From an uncultured Armatimonadetes bacterium (GTDB taxonomy: Bacteria; Armatimonadota; UBA5829; DTJY01): a stretch of 64,000 nt of DNA. Under the pieces are notes generated by a model. It saw nothing but the letters and a program-made list of their open reading frames with translations. It did not search any database and was not told the origin of the DNA. The position numbers and the translations under genes were made by a program. The stretch covers positions 3,584,001 to 3,648,000 of the forward strand of contig OY970325.1 of the NCBI GenBank assembly GCA_963717145.1, read 5' to 3'. Positions within the stretch are counted from its first letter, which is position 1, and every line of letters starts with the position of its first letter. This document shows positions 17,231-27,112 of this stretch, in pieces.

Positions 17231-18394
17231 TTAAATCTTTCGCCGGCGCGCCAATCCGGCCAGCCCGACCATGCCTGCCCCGAGCGCAAGGAGACTAGAC
17301 GGCTCCGGTACCGGATTCAGCAGCACTGTAGACAGGGTTGAAGAGCCGTTAAGACTTGCCATGGCCGCTATCTGGCCTCTGTCATTGATCCCGTGCACCG
17401 ACTTTATGCTCCAGCCGGATTCGGTCAGCAGGGAATCGAGTTCGGAGACAACCCCGCTGCTGCATATGAACGCCTTCTGTGTGGAGTACGACAGATAGCC
17501 GCCCAGGATAACGCCGGCATTGTTGATGGTGAAGTGGCTCAGCGACGCCGTGGATATCGGCAGTTGCCTCAGGCCCGAGCCTGGCGTCCAAGTGTAGTAG
17601 TTATAGGAACTGCCCGTATACAGCCTCACCAGCAGCACGCCAGCGTCGTTGATGTCGGAGACCCCTGAAGAGCTGTGGTGGTCGCTCTGGTCCGCAGGTA
17701 CTCCCAGATTGTGGGCCGTGCCGTCAGTATCCCAGTAGCAAGCACGGACGAGGCCAACATAACCGCCGTAATCATGGGGCCAATAGAATGCGAAGCTCGT
17801 GCCTCCGGCTACCTCGCCAGACGAGTTGATGCTTGATGGCATTGCCGCTCCGCCGTGGGCGCCCTCAGGTGCCTCAAGATAGCTCAAGACCTGAACTCCA
17901 CCTGTCTCTGTCCACGTAAACCCAGCGCCGCCATAGTGGCCCACGACAGTGCCGCTGTCGTTGATGTCACTGACGTCACCGCTGGTCACTCCTTCGCCGA
18001 GGTCGAGCGGCTGCAGGCCGCCGGACGAGGTGTAGCGGAATGCCTTGCTGCCGGCTGAGCCGTTGGAATAAGTTCCGACAATGTCCCCGCTGTTGTTCAT
18101 TGCACTGACAAAGCCGTCGCGGTAGGTGGCGAGTTTGCCATAAGTCTGGAGTGTGCCGGTAGTGCCGTTCGGTGCGGACGGGGTCCACAGGCATACCGAT
18201 CCCGCCTCGAAGATGTTAGGTTTCACAATCCCCGCGATCTGCCCGGAGTTGTTGATGGCTCCCGGTGTGAAGCTAGGGAGCTGGATCACCTGATACGTCG
18301 GCGGGGCACTGTCCGCCGGCAGAGCGGCGATCGCCAGTACTGCAACAGAAGCCATGAATGACAAGAACTTCGCTCAAGATGCTGGGATGCCCAT
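17231..18394 (-). pseudogene. PEP-CTERM surface protein with extracellular HAF-like repeats; in-frame TGA at codon 7
   Basis: Repeated IN..G.V.G motifs, C-terminal VPEPSS-TM-RRRK; GAGGAG RBS, ATG 18394, TGA 18374-18376, open frame resumes to 17231. Confidence 0.8.
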
Positions 18395-18822
18395 TGGTAC
18401 ATGTCTCCTCTGCACGATCCGAATGAAGCCTGCCGGCCAATAACACGGCATCTAGCAGCCTGTCTGAGAATTCCCCGCTATGTGGGTGAGTTTCCCATCT
18501 GCGGGGTCGCGCTGGCTGCTGTTCGATAGTGTTTTTCGCCGGATTTCCGGCGAGGGTCTGTAAAGACCCCTTGTACCTTGATAATCAGCCTGATCCAGGT
18601 CATATATCTACGTATCGAAGATCGATTTCCGGTCGCCGTATCGGTATAGCTTCAGCATGTTGTGCCCAAGACACGCAAGCGTCCACTCCGACTTCGCTTT
18701 CGCAAGGCCTCGGAGTAGGAAGCCTCGGAAGTTCCGTGCGCTCTTGATCTGGCCGAACACCGGCTCTACCGTCTCCTTCCGCCTCCCGTAGATCTTTCGG
18801 CCAAGAGGAGTCAAGAGCTTTG

Positions 18823-20289
18823 GTAACAGTTCACGCTTGGGGATAACGAGTTTGATCAGGCAGGGAAGAGGACAGACTTGCCTGCGAGCAGTTGCCTGCA
18901 TGATTCGAGCATGTCCAGACCCCTGACGTGCCATGTGCCAAACAGACTCATGAGCGTCATCTTTGTCTCGGAACCCTTCGCGCTTCGTGTGCCTCCGCAT
19001 ACCTTGCGGGCGATCACACACGGCCTCAGCGCTCGTTCTGCGCCATTGTTGTCCGACGGTACTTCCGGGTACTCTACGAACATGAACAACTCGTGCAAGC
19101 GATCTATGAATCTCTTTGCCAGCGTCTGCTGTGGAGCATCTGAGCCGACATACGGACCTGAGAGCGCCTCTACCTCTTCCTCGAAGAGTACTCGCTTCCA
19201 CTTGCGAACCTCCGCCTTCTTGCTCCGGAACTCCTTTGCCCGATCGTAAACACCCTTCACCGCATCCGCCCATGCGATGACGCCCGTGTCGTCCGCGTTC
19301 CTCTCCTTCAGTTTGTGCAGATCCCTGGCCAGATGTGCCCAGCATATCTGGCGGTCTGCAACTACCGGGTTGTATCCGGCATAGCAATCCGTTACCACTA
19401 CCCCTTCGTAGTCGCCGCCTATCGTTTCCTTCGGGATCTCTCCACTCCGACTCCGCCGGTAGATGAAGTAGCGCACGTTCTTAGTGGAGAAGGTCCAGAT
19501 GTATCCGTTCAGCCCATCCTCTCTCCAGCCCGTCTCGTCTGCGTTTATGTATGGGCTTCCACGTACAAGCGAGAGTAGCCGCTCTTTCTCTTTTTTGCCA
19601 CAGTCTGCCACCGTGTGCAATATCTCGCTTATCTCTCCCACAGAGAGCCGAAGACCATACAGAGCCTTCAGCAATCCCTGTATCGTTCGCTTTGTCATGC
19701 GACCTACCGTCGAAAGATACGATATCAGGCTCATCAGGTTCACGCCTACCCGATGCTTGCCTACAACCTGGCCGGAAAGGTCAACCTTCGGCACATGACT
19801 CTTGCCACAGTATCCGCATCTTCTGGCGATGAACCTGTGCTCGACTACGTCCACAGGCACGATGGGGATGTCGATGACTTGGCGGAGTCTCTTTACCGTG
19901 CCCCCTGTGAGCGCTCGGCCGCAGTCCGGACACTTCGAGTGCGCGTGCTCGACTACACGGGTGGGTGTCTCCCGCCTGCGCACGAACGACTTCTTGCGCT
20001 TCTTTCGTTCAGCTGCCCGGCGCTCTTTGCGGTTCGGCTTCACCCAGTCAGGCACGGATGGGGAACTGCCATCACCGCCGGAAAGCCTGGCGCGAAGGTC
20101 TTCGTTCTCCTTCTCCAGGTCGCCGATACGCGCCACGAGTTGGGGAACTAGACCTTCCAACTGGCTGACCCTGGCCTCAAGCTCCTCGTATGTCGGCTTG
20201 GATTGCTCGCTCACACTCCTTGGTTCGAGACGCTCCCAGCAGGTTCCTTCTTCTTACAGACAAAATAATCCCTAAGCCTGAACTGTTAC
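18823..20289 (-). mobile_element. IS66-family element (tnpC only, ISBst12-like)
   Basis: TIR GTAACAGTTCA.GCTT.GGGAT; 8-bp TSD GAGCTTTG at 18815-18822 and 20290-20297. Confidence 0.92.
18856..20214 (-). CDS. IS66 transposase TnpC
   Basis: Leucine zipper, CPDCG Zn finger, ADETGW, CWAHL.R, DNN.AERALRP. Confidence 0.93.
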   Translation of the reverse strand: MSEQSKPTYEELEARVSQLEGLVPQLVARIGDLEKENEDLRARLSGGDGSSPSVPDWVKPNRKERRAAERKKRKKSFVRRRETPTRVVEHAHSKCPDCGRALTGGTVKRLRQVIDIPIVPVDVVEHRFIARRCGYCGKSHVPKVDLSGQVVGKHRVGVNLMSLISYLSTVGRMTKRTIQGLLKALYGLRLSVGEISEILHTVADCGKKEKERLLSLVRGSPYINADETGWREDGLNGYIWTFSTKNVRYFIYRRSRSGEIPKETIGGDYEGVVVTDCYAGYNPVVADRQICWAHLARDLHKLKERNADDTGVIAWADAVKGVYDRAKEFRSKKAEVRKWKRVLFEEEVEALSGPYVGSDAPQQTLAKRFIDRLHELFMFVEYPEVPSDNNGAERALRPCVIARKVCGGTRSAKGSETKMTLMSLFGTWHVRGLDMLESCRQLLAGKSVLFPA

Positions 20290-21536
20290 GAGCTTTGCTC
20301 TCTGGCGATCTGCGGCGGATTGCTTTGCCGGATCAAGGCAGGAAGGCGCCGTCGGCTCTTTGCCATGACGTTGTCTGTCAGGCGGTATATAAGCGTCGAT
20401 CCCTTGCTGCTCGACCATCTCTATGTTGTCGCTGCTGAAGTATCCGGCATCGGCGGATACTTCTTCCGGTTTCTTTCCGGTGTTCTCCTTGATTGCCTCG
20501 ATCATGTCACTAAGATGCGGTGAGTCCGCTGCCTGGTTCGTGAGATCACACGCCACTACAATCTGATGATCTGCGTCTACCGCAGCTTGTCCGTTGTATG
20601 CCTGCACGAAGGCTTTCTTTGCGTCCTTCATTATCCGGCTTTCCGGGTCTGTGAAGTTCCGCTGTGCCTTCCCTTCCGGCTCTGTCTTTACGGGCCCCGG
20701 CTCTCTGCCGCGAGGCTTCTTCCCGGATGCTTCCTGCTCCGCCTTCTCTTGGGCTCGCATCGCTTCTTCGGCTGATGCTCGCTCTTTGGCCTCGCGCTCC
20801 AGCGCTTCTTTTGCTTCCCTGATCTTGGCGAGCCGCTTCTCTCTGGTTGCGAGTTCCTCCGGGAGTTCGTCTCCTCGGCGGTCAAGACCATATTCCGCGT
20901 CTTCCTGGTCGTCCACAGAAAGACCCTTCGCAAGGAGCGCCTCGATCTCAGCCTGAAGCTCTTTTTCTTTCTCGACCATCCGAGAGTAGCTCATGGCGGA
21001 GTGCTTGCTTGCGTTGGCAAGCAGCTTTGTTCCGTCTATGGCTATGTGTTTCATCGACACAAGCCCGGCGCTTGCGCATAGCCTGAGCACTTGCACAAAC
21101 AGGTCCGCAAGGGACTTGAGATGCCTCTTCCTGAACTCGCTTATCGTGCGGAAGTCGGGATGATTTCCTGCCGCAAGCACCCGGAAGGCTACATCTTCAT
21201 ACGTGGCCAGGGAGAGCTTTCGAGATGAATACACTCCCCGGCACAAACCGTAGAATATGATCTTTGTAAGCATTGCCGGATGGAACGGCGGCGCTCCTCG
21301 GGCCTCTTTCTCGTATGAGGCGTATATCGCGGAAAGGTCGAGACTGTCTACGACATCGCTCACAAAGTATGCGAGATGTCCCTCGGGCAGCCACTCCGAC
21401 ATCAAGGGCGGCAACAGCAATATCTGGTCAGGTTGATAAGGAAGGTATGGCTTGCTCATACCCGTATTTTACTACATACCTGGCACCTTGCGCCAGAGGT
21501 TATTTCATGGACAGGCTGCTAGCCGGTAGGTATACC

Positions 21537-21552
21537 TGCAAGAATCATGCCA
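21537..21552 (-). promoter_or_regulatory. sigma54 promoter, originally upstream of the PEP-CTERM gene
   Basis: TGGCATGATTCTTGCA, 14 bp outside the IS1182 CTAG target. Confidence 0.7.
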
Positions 21553-22008
21553 ATCGGGCGCGATTATCTGGAAAGAGAATCTCGACAGCACGTTTACCGT
21601 ACCTCACTGCCGGGTATCCTTCCTCTGCAAGACCAAAAACTGAATACTGATTTGCCAGGCTAAACCACGAGCCTCCCAGTTTGAACCTCGTTGGAAACGA
21701 CGCTGGAACTGACTGCGAGGAGGTTGTCCGTAGGAAACCCTAACCTTCATTTGGTGGTAACATCTTATTGGGGCGGTAAGGAGACCGAAGGGCACGTCGT
21801 GATACGATAACGCCGTCACCTGCCTACGCGATTGCATCAAGAGGCAAGGGGTGTCGTGTAAGTTAAACGGCGAACGAGCTAAGGCCTGGCATTTTTGCGT
21901 GTCTATCCCAGTGGGAGTTCGCGATTGTTGATAGTTGCGCTGCGCGGATGTCATTCTTCACTGCGTTCAGAATGACATCCGCTATCCTTGATCGCGAACT
22001 CGTACCCC

Positions 22009-23441
22009 GGGTGCATTCGCGTTGAGTGGGTAGCAAGTAAGGAAGGAGTCTCCTGTAATAGTCGGTAACGGTTTGTTGAAGGACAAACATTCCGAAAGGA
22101 GACTCCCAGAGAATGCTTACACTTTTGCACACAGACTCCCTCCTTCAGGCCGCTCGCGACTTTGCGCGCAGCTACATCGATTGCACGGACTTAGGGTCAG
22201 CCGAGGAGCGTATTCAGATCCTGGCGCGTCAGATTGCCGGCGCAATGATGAGTGAGGTTGCCGCCAAGATGAGCGGAAAGCCCACCTACAAGGGTGTTGG
22301 GATAGAATGCGAATGCGGCAGACTGGCCAGGTTCAAGGGATACCGGAAACGCTTCATTCGGACTTTGCACGGAGACATAGAGGTCGAGAGGTCATACTAC
22401 CGTTGCGACCATTGCAGGCGGGGCTACATTCCATGGGACCGCGAGCAGGGGCTGTCCGAGAGAGTATGGACCGCCAGAGTGAAGGAACTCACCGCCTCGA
22501 TCTGCGCCGCGCTTCCATATGAAGCAGCCGCAAGGCTGATCGAGCGAACCACGGGTATTGCGATCGAAGAGAGCAGCGAAGAAGAGATAGTCCGGGATGT
22601 TGGGGAATGCCTCCGCCGAGAGGAGCAGGAAGCGATCATCTCTGTGGTAGACACAGGTGAAGAGGTCTCCTGCGAGGCGACGCCACAGAGGCTCTACATT
22701 GGCATAGACGCGGCCAAAGCGCACACCGATGGCCAGTGGCATGACATCAAGACCATGGTGGTATACGAAGGCGTTCCGGCTGCAGGCAAAGACACGGATA
22801 CCGTCACCAACTCGCGCTACATAGCGGCGCAAGAGACGAGCGACGAGTTCGGGAGACGGGTATACACCAGAGCACTGCAAGCCGGCTATGACGGGGCAAA
22901 AGAGCGTATAGTGATCGCCGACGGCGCAGACTGGATATGGAGAGAGGTCAGGAATCATCTGCCGGAGAGCATCAAGATCATCGACTACTGGCATGCCTGT
23001 GAGCACATATACGGCTTGGCGCGGACACTCTACGGAGAGGGGAATCCCAAAGGGAAGCGCTGGGCAAACGAACACTGCCGGAAGCTTAAAGAGAAGGGGC
23101 CGGGGAGTCTGCTTAGAGCCATGAAGCGGCGCAGAGCACGAAACGATTCTGAGAGGGAAGCGCTTCGGATCGAGACAGGCTACTTCAGAAAGTACCGCAA
23201 GTACATGAACTACCCGGCATACAGGGCCAAGGGGATGATGATAGGCAGCGGTCCGGTGGAAGCGGCGTGCAAGGTGATAGTAGGCCAGAGGTTAAAGCAA
23301 GCCGGGATGCGATGGACGAAGGACGGCGCAGATGCAGTGCTCGCGGTGAGAACTGCCCTCCTAAGCGGCGAACTGGCTCGGATCGAGCACGCAGCACGTG
23401 CCGCCTGAGCCGTGCTCTACCCACTCTGAGGAATTCCACCC
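22009..23441 (+). mobile_element. ISKra4/ISLre2-like (Mutator/IS256 superfamily) element, copy 1
   Basis: 1433 bp, imperfect TIR GGGTG...GAGTGGGTAG, 10-bp TSD CTCGTACCCC. Confidence 0.9.
22113..23408 (+). CDS. ISKra4/ISLre2-like transposase
   Basis: CECG/CDHC Zn motif, GIDAA, ADGADWIW, DYWHA, IGSGPVEAACK. Confidence 0.9.
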   Translation: MLTLLHTDSLLQAARDFARSYIDCTDLGSAEERIQILARQIAGAMMSEVAAKMSGKPTYKGVGIECECGRLARFKGYRKRFIRTLHGDIEVERSYYRCDHCRRGYIPWDREQGLSERVWTARVKELTASICAALPYEAAARLIERTTGIAIEESSEEEIVRDVGECLRREEQEAIISVVDTGEEVSCEATPQRLYIGIDAAKAHTDGQWHDIKTMVVYEGVPAAGKDTDTVTNSRYIAAQETSDEFGRRVYTRALQAGYDGAKERIVIADGADWIWREVRNHLPESIKIIDYWHACEHIYGLARTLYGEGNPKGKRWANEHCRKLKEKGPGSLLRAMKRRRARNDSEREALRIETGYFRKYRKYMNYPAYRAKGMMIGSGPVEAACKVIVGQRLKQAGMRWTKDGADAVLAVRTALLSGELARIEHAARAA

Positions 23442-23542
23442 CTCGTACCCCGCCCGCCTTGCTCCGAAGCATTCTTTCCTGTAAACTGTATCCACTCTTC
23501 ACCGATCTTGTTAACTTTCCGAGCACCCGGACGTATACATTT

Positions 23543-24163
23543 ATGATGCAGACGGCGACGAATCGGGCAAGTGAGACGGACGAGGAACTGATGGAGCGGT
23601 TCCAAGCCGGAGACACCGCCGCTATGGAGGTTCTCTTCGGCCGCTTCCAAAAGCCCTTGTTCAATTTCTTCTTCCGGATGGTGGCGCGCCGCGAGACTGC
23701 GGAGGACCTGGTTCAGGAGACCTTCATCAAGGTCTGCCGATTCGGACATACCTTCCGCGGCTCGGAGGCAAAATTTACCACCTGGCTGTATTCGGTCGCC
23801 GGAAATCAGTGCCGCGATCATCTGCGGTATACGGCGCGTCGCCCGGAGACGAGTATGGTCGAAATGGGCGAGATGGAAGAGGATTTCCTGGAAAATCACG
23901 TATCAGACCCGACCTCGCAGACAGGGAGTTCGTCCGTGGAGGACCACCTGCTCCGTATGGAAGTGCAGTCCATCCTCAAACAGGCCGTGAGATCCCTGCC
24001 GGAGAAGGAACGGACCGCCATCATCCTGCGCGAGTATCAGGGTCTGGAGTATAAGGAGATCGCAGAAGTGCTCGGCTGCCCGATCGGGAGCGTGAAGGTG
24101 TTGATCTTCCGCGCCCGACAGAGGCTCCGCGAGCGACTCCAGGATCTGGAGTTGGCAGTGTAG
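23543..24163 (+). CDS. ECF sigma factor (sigma70 group 4)
   Basis: DEEL...GD..A, AEDLVQETF, FTTWLY, region 4 Y.EIAEVLG.P.GSVK..IFRAR; TTAAC-N17-GTATA just upstream. Confidence 0.93.
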   Translation: MMQTATNRASETDEELMERFQAGDTAAMEVLFGRFQKPLFNFFFRMVARRETAEDLVQETFIKVCRFGHTFRGSEAKFTTWLYSVAGNQCRDHLRYTARRPETSMVEMGEMEEDFLENHVSDPTSQTGSSSVEDHLLRMEVQSILKQAVRSLPEKERTAIILREYQGLEYKEIAEVLGCPIGSVKVLIFRARQRLRERLQDLELAV

Positions 24164-24198
24164 ACCCATTGAGCTGTGGTCTGCAGTCCGAAAGAGGT

Positions 24199-25065
24199 AT
24201 GACCATGAACTGTAAGAACGCAAAGATATTGATATCCGCCTCGGTGGACGGCGAGCTTTCCCAGCGGGAACAACGCCGCCTTCAAGAGCATGTCTGCCGG
24301 TGCGCTGAGTGCGCCACTGAACAGGCGCAGGTGTCGAACCTGCGCGACGTGATGGCCGTCTGGGCCGACGAAGAGCCGTCCGACTGGCTGGCTCAGAACT
24401 TCGCGTGCAGGCTCGAAGACGAGATGGCCCGCAAGCCCGCTCGCCGAATCCGCAATCGGAGGAGGATCTTCGGCACGGCCGTCGCCGGGTTCGCAACCGC
24501 GCTGCTGGCGTTCGGCTTCATAATGCACAGCCAGTTCGTGCCGCAGCAGCCCGTTCCGCCCCCCGCCGGGAATGCACAGCCGGCGAATCCGGTGGAGCAG
24601 CCCAGCGGTGACGACAGGATCGTGGTGAATCCGACCACCGATCAGCCCGATAAGCCCGTCGTGGTCGCAGTCCCGCGCACGACGACTCCGGCGCATCCCG
24701 TCACGGTGCGTCCTCCCAAGCGTACTGTCACCGGGCCGAGAATCACTCAGCCGGATCGGACTCCGACCGCCGACACGACACGTGCGAATCCCGGGCCGGC
24801 GCCGCTCAGCAGCCGGATCGCCGCAGCAGGGTTGACTCGCAACACCAGGCCGACCCTCTCCGGCAGAGGGTCCACGGGCAAAGACGCTGAGGTCAAACGC
24901 ATGGTCTTGCACAACATCATGCTCGCCAGCAATACCGAGGGCAATACCCAGTCCGCGGTCACCGATCGCATTGCACACGCCGATCTGGCCATGAACAAAT
25001 CCGTCGAGGAAGTGCGCGGCGTCCTCCGCAAGGCGGTCGACGTCCTGGCGCGCGCCGATAACTAA
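24199..25065 (+). CDS. Zinc-finger (zf-HC2) membrane anti-sigma factor
   Basis: C......S...DGEL.......HV..C..C, single TM, Pro-rich extracytoplasmic tail. Confidence 0.85.
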   Translation: MTMNCKNAKILISASVDGELSQREQRRLQEHVCRCAECATEQAQVSNLRDVMAVWADEEPSDWLAQNFACRLEDEMARKPARRIRNRRRIFGTAVAGFATALLAFGFIMHSQFVPQQPVPPPAGNAQPANPVEQPSGDDRIVVNPTTDQPDKPVVVAVPRTTTPAHPVTVRPPKRTVTGPRITQPDRTPTADTTRANPGPAPLSSRIAAAGLTRNTRPTLSGRGSTGKDAEVKRMVLHNIMLASNTEGNTQSAVTDRIAHADLAMNKSVEEVRGVLRKAVDVLARADN

Positions 25066-25117
25066 GATGAACCGATCACGAGTTTCTGAAGCACCGACTG
25101 CTAAGGAGGGATACGAT

Positions 25118-26359
25118 ATGCGCTCAAAGTACACACAACACGCGGTAACTCGCTTCACATTGGCTCTGACAACACTGGTGGCGGTCACACTGCTGCTGGC
25201 CTCGCTGTCATCCGCCGCGACCCAGAAGAAGGGCCTGCTCGATGAACTCGGACTCCCGATGCTGTCGGGTGCGAAACTCCTCGACGAGGTCAATATCCCT
25301 CCCGGCAAGCTGCTCGACGAGTTGGCCAAGGAGATCAACGGGCAGCTCGGCATGGTCGAGCTGAAGCAGTTGAGCACCCTAACATTGTCGATCGACAAGA
25401 CGCCCGAGGAGGTGTTCAAGTTCTACGAGCCGGCGCTCGACAAGCAGCAGTGGAAGGTTCTGGCCCGCGCCGTGGACCGCAAGCCTGAGGGCGACGGCAT
25501 CGGCCTCTTCTTCAACGATAAGAAGGGGCTTCTGGTAATGGTTGTCTCGGGATCCGATTCGGAAGACGGCGAGATGACGTTCATCCGCATGCAGGGCAAG
25601 ATCGACACGTCCAAGTTCGGCACGAGCGACAAAGAGATGTCGGACGAACTGAAAAAGATGCTCGGTGCTGCACTGCCCGATAATGGCAATCTCGGCATGG
25701 GAAGAGCCGCCCCCATCCCGATCGGCCGGCCGATCTCCGTTCCTCCTTCGGAGAAGCTGGTCATCAAGACGACCAAGTCCGACATAACCGCCACGATATT
25801 CAACCAAAAGACTGTGGAGATCCGCCTCACTCGAAAAGCCACCGACCCCGGCGAACTCGTTCGCGTGGACGACCTGCTCGTGCTCTCCCTGACGCCGAAG
25901 CTCCCGGTCGATGAGATCGACCTCCCCGGCGCGGTTCCGGTCGCATTCGACCTCACCGACGGCTCCCTGACACTCACATCCGGCCCGAAACCCGGCGACA
26001 AGCCGGTCCACCTGAGCATCGTTTCGACCAGCGCAGCAGTCACCGTGGAGGATTTCCCGCTCCTGTCCGGCACGCACATGGTGAAGATCGTCGACGCGGA
26101 GTTGAGCATCACGTTCAAGAAGGTTCAGGCCGGCGATATGGTGATCAGTTCGACCGGCGATGACGTGACGATCACCCTGCCGAAAGACGCGTCGGTGAAG
26201 GTCGATGTAGATGTAGTGGAGGGGAAGATCCAGAAGCAGATCGCGGCTGAGATGCAGAAGGACGACCCCGATCACGTAGTCTTCCAGTTGGGCGCTGGGA
26301 AGGCTCAGATCGCCATCCACGCGGTCAAGGGCAACGTCATCATCAAGTCCGCAGAGTAG
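25118..26359 (+). CDS. Secreted protein with C-terminal DUF4097/adhesin-like beta repeat
   Basis: Signal peptide; S..GDV..TLP...G.I...G.V.I repeats; third gene of the ECF operon. Confidence 0.7.
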   Translation: MRSKYTQHAVTRFTLALTTLVAVTLLLASLSSAATQKKGLLDELGLPMLSGAKLLDEVNIPPGKLLDELAKEINGQLGMVELKQLSTLTLSIDKTPEEVFKFYEPALDKQQWKVLARAVDRKPEGDGIGLFFNDKKGLLVMVVSGSDSEDGEMTFIRMQGKIDTSKFGTSDKEMSDELKKMLGAALPDNGNLGMGRAAPIPIGRPISVPPSEKLVIKTTKSDITATIFNQKTVEIRLTRKATDPGELVRVDDLLVLSLTPKLPVDEIDLPGAVPVAFDLTDGSLTLTSGPKPGDKPVHLSIVSTSAAVTVEDFPLLSGTHMVKIVDAELSITFKKVQAGDMVISSTGDDVTITLPKDASVKVDVDVVEGKIQKQIAAEMQKDDPDHVVFQLGAGKAQIAIHAVKGNVIIKSAE

Positions 26360-26432
26360 AGGAATGGTTGATGGCTGATGGTTAATGGTTCATGGGCAGA
26401 TGGCGGACGGGAAATGGCTGATGGTTCATGGG

Positions 26433-26924
26433 CTATGGTCGGTGGTCTGCGGGATCGCAGTTGAGTAGCTCCTCACCGGGAGCTACCACGTAGTCGAACC
26501 CTTCCTCCCTGACTGCACACGAGGCTGGTTTCGCTTTACCTCGCTCCTCTATCTTGCGCTCGATGCTCCCGATGAGATTCGCGAGTTGCGCGAGAGCGGC
26601 ATCGTAATCAGAAATCACTTTCTTGGCCTCGGATTCGCCTAACCGGCCGACACCGATGCCATACCGGATATGGGTGATAGTCTCGCGAGCTTCTCGTCGA
26701 CAGCGATAGAGCGCCTGCACGTACTCGGTGCTATACTGGGAGTAGAATCCTTCCGTCAGATTGGCGCACACCGACTCGGAAGAGCGCAGCACCTGAGTCC
26801 TCAGCCACCGGAAATCCATCCCGAGTCCTCCGGATAGCTCCTCAACCTGAAGCGCCAGGGCAAAGAACTCCTGGTACACAGGCATATCCTCAACCTGCCG
26901 AATGCCGCTCACTGCTTCCCCCAT
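26433..26924 (-). CDS. Four-helix-bundle protein (23S rRNA IVP/bAvd-like family)
   Basis: EDMPVYQ...LA, L..Q..RSS.SV.AN..EG, Y...L....A.ET motifs. Confidence 0.85.
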   Translation of the reverse strand: MGEAVSGIRQVEDMPVYQEFFALALQVEELSGGLGMDFRWLRTQVLRSSESVCANLTEGFYSQYSTEYVQALYRCRREARETITHIRYGIGVGRLGESEAKKVISDYDAALAQLANLIGSIERKIEERGKAKPASCAVREEGFDYVVAPGEELLNCDPADHRP

Positions 26925-27112
26925 TCCCCATCAACCATCAACCATCAACCATCAACTGTCCAGTCTCATGACATTATGAACACCGTGGGTTGAAAAGAAG
27001 GAGGTGCATGCGGTAGTCTCTTTGATGATCGCCAAACCAAAAAAGGAGACCACTCGCATGCAGATCCATTCTAACGCAACCAGCAATATGAAGCAACGGC
27101 GGTTTTTCAGGC

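Larger units (their letters stand above)
18608..21459 (-). pseudogene. IS1182 transposase split by IS66 (21459-20290 and 18814-18608)
   Basis: SSRK, PDFRTISEFR, IDGTK..ANAS, TDPESR, ADAGY; C-terminal RK.TVEPVFGQIK after the insert. Confidence 0.9.
18456..21518 (-). mobile_element. IS1182-family element interrupted by IS66
   Basis: Ends CAGCCTGTC / GACAGGCTG flanked by CTAG on both sides. Confidence 0.9.

Noticed and set aside
21560-21950. Intergenic stretch as a ncRNA or gene
   Set aside because: No recognisable RNA fold or credible ORF; may just hold enhancer sites for the sigma54 promoter
26433-26924. Four-helix-bundle gene as part of a diversity-generating retroelement or an rRNA intervening sequence
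   Set aside because: No reverse transcriptase, no TR/VR pair and no rRNA in the window
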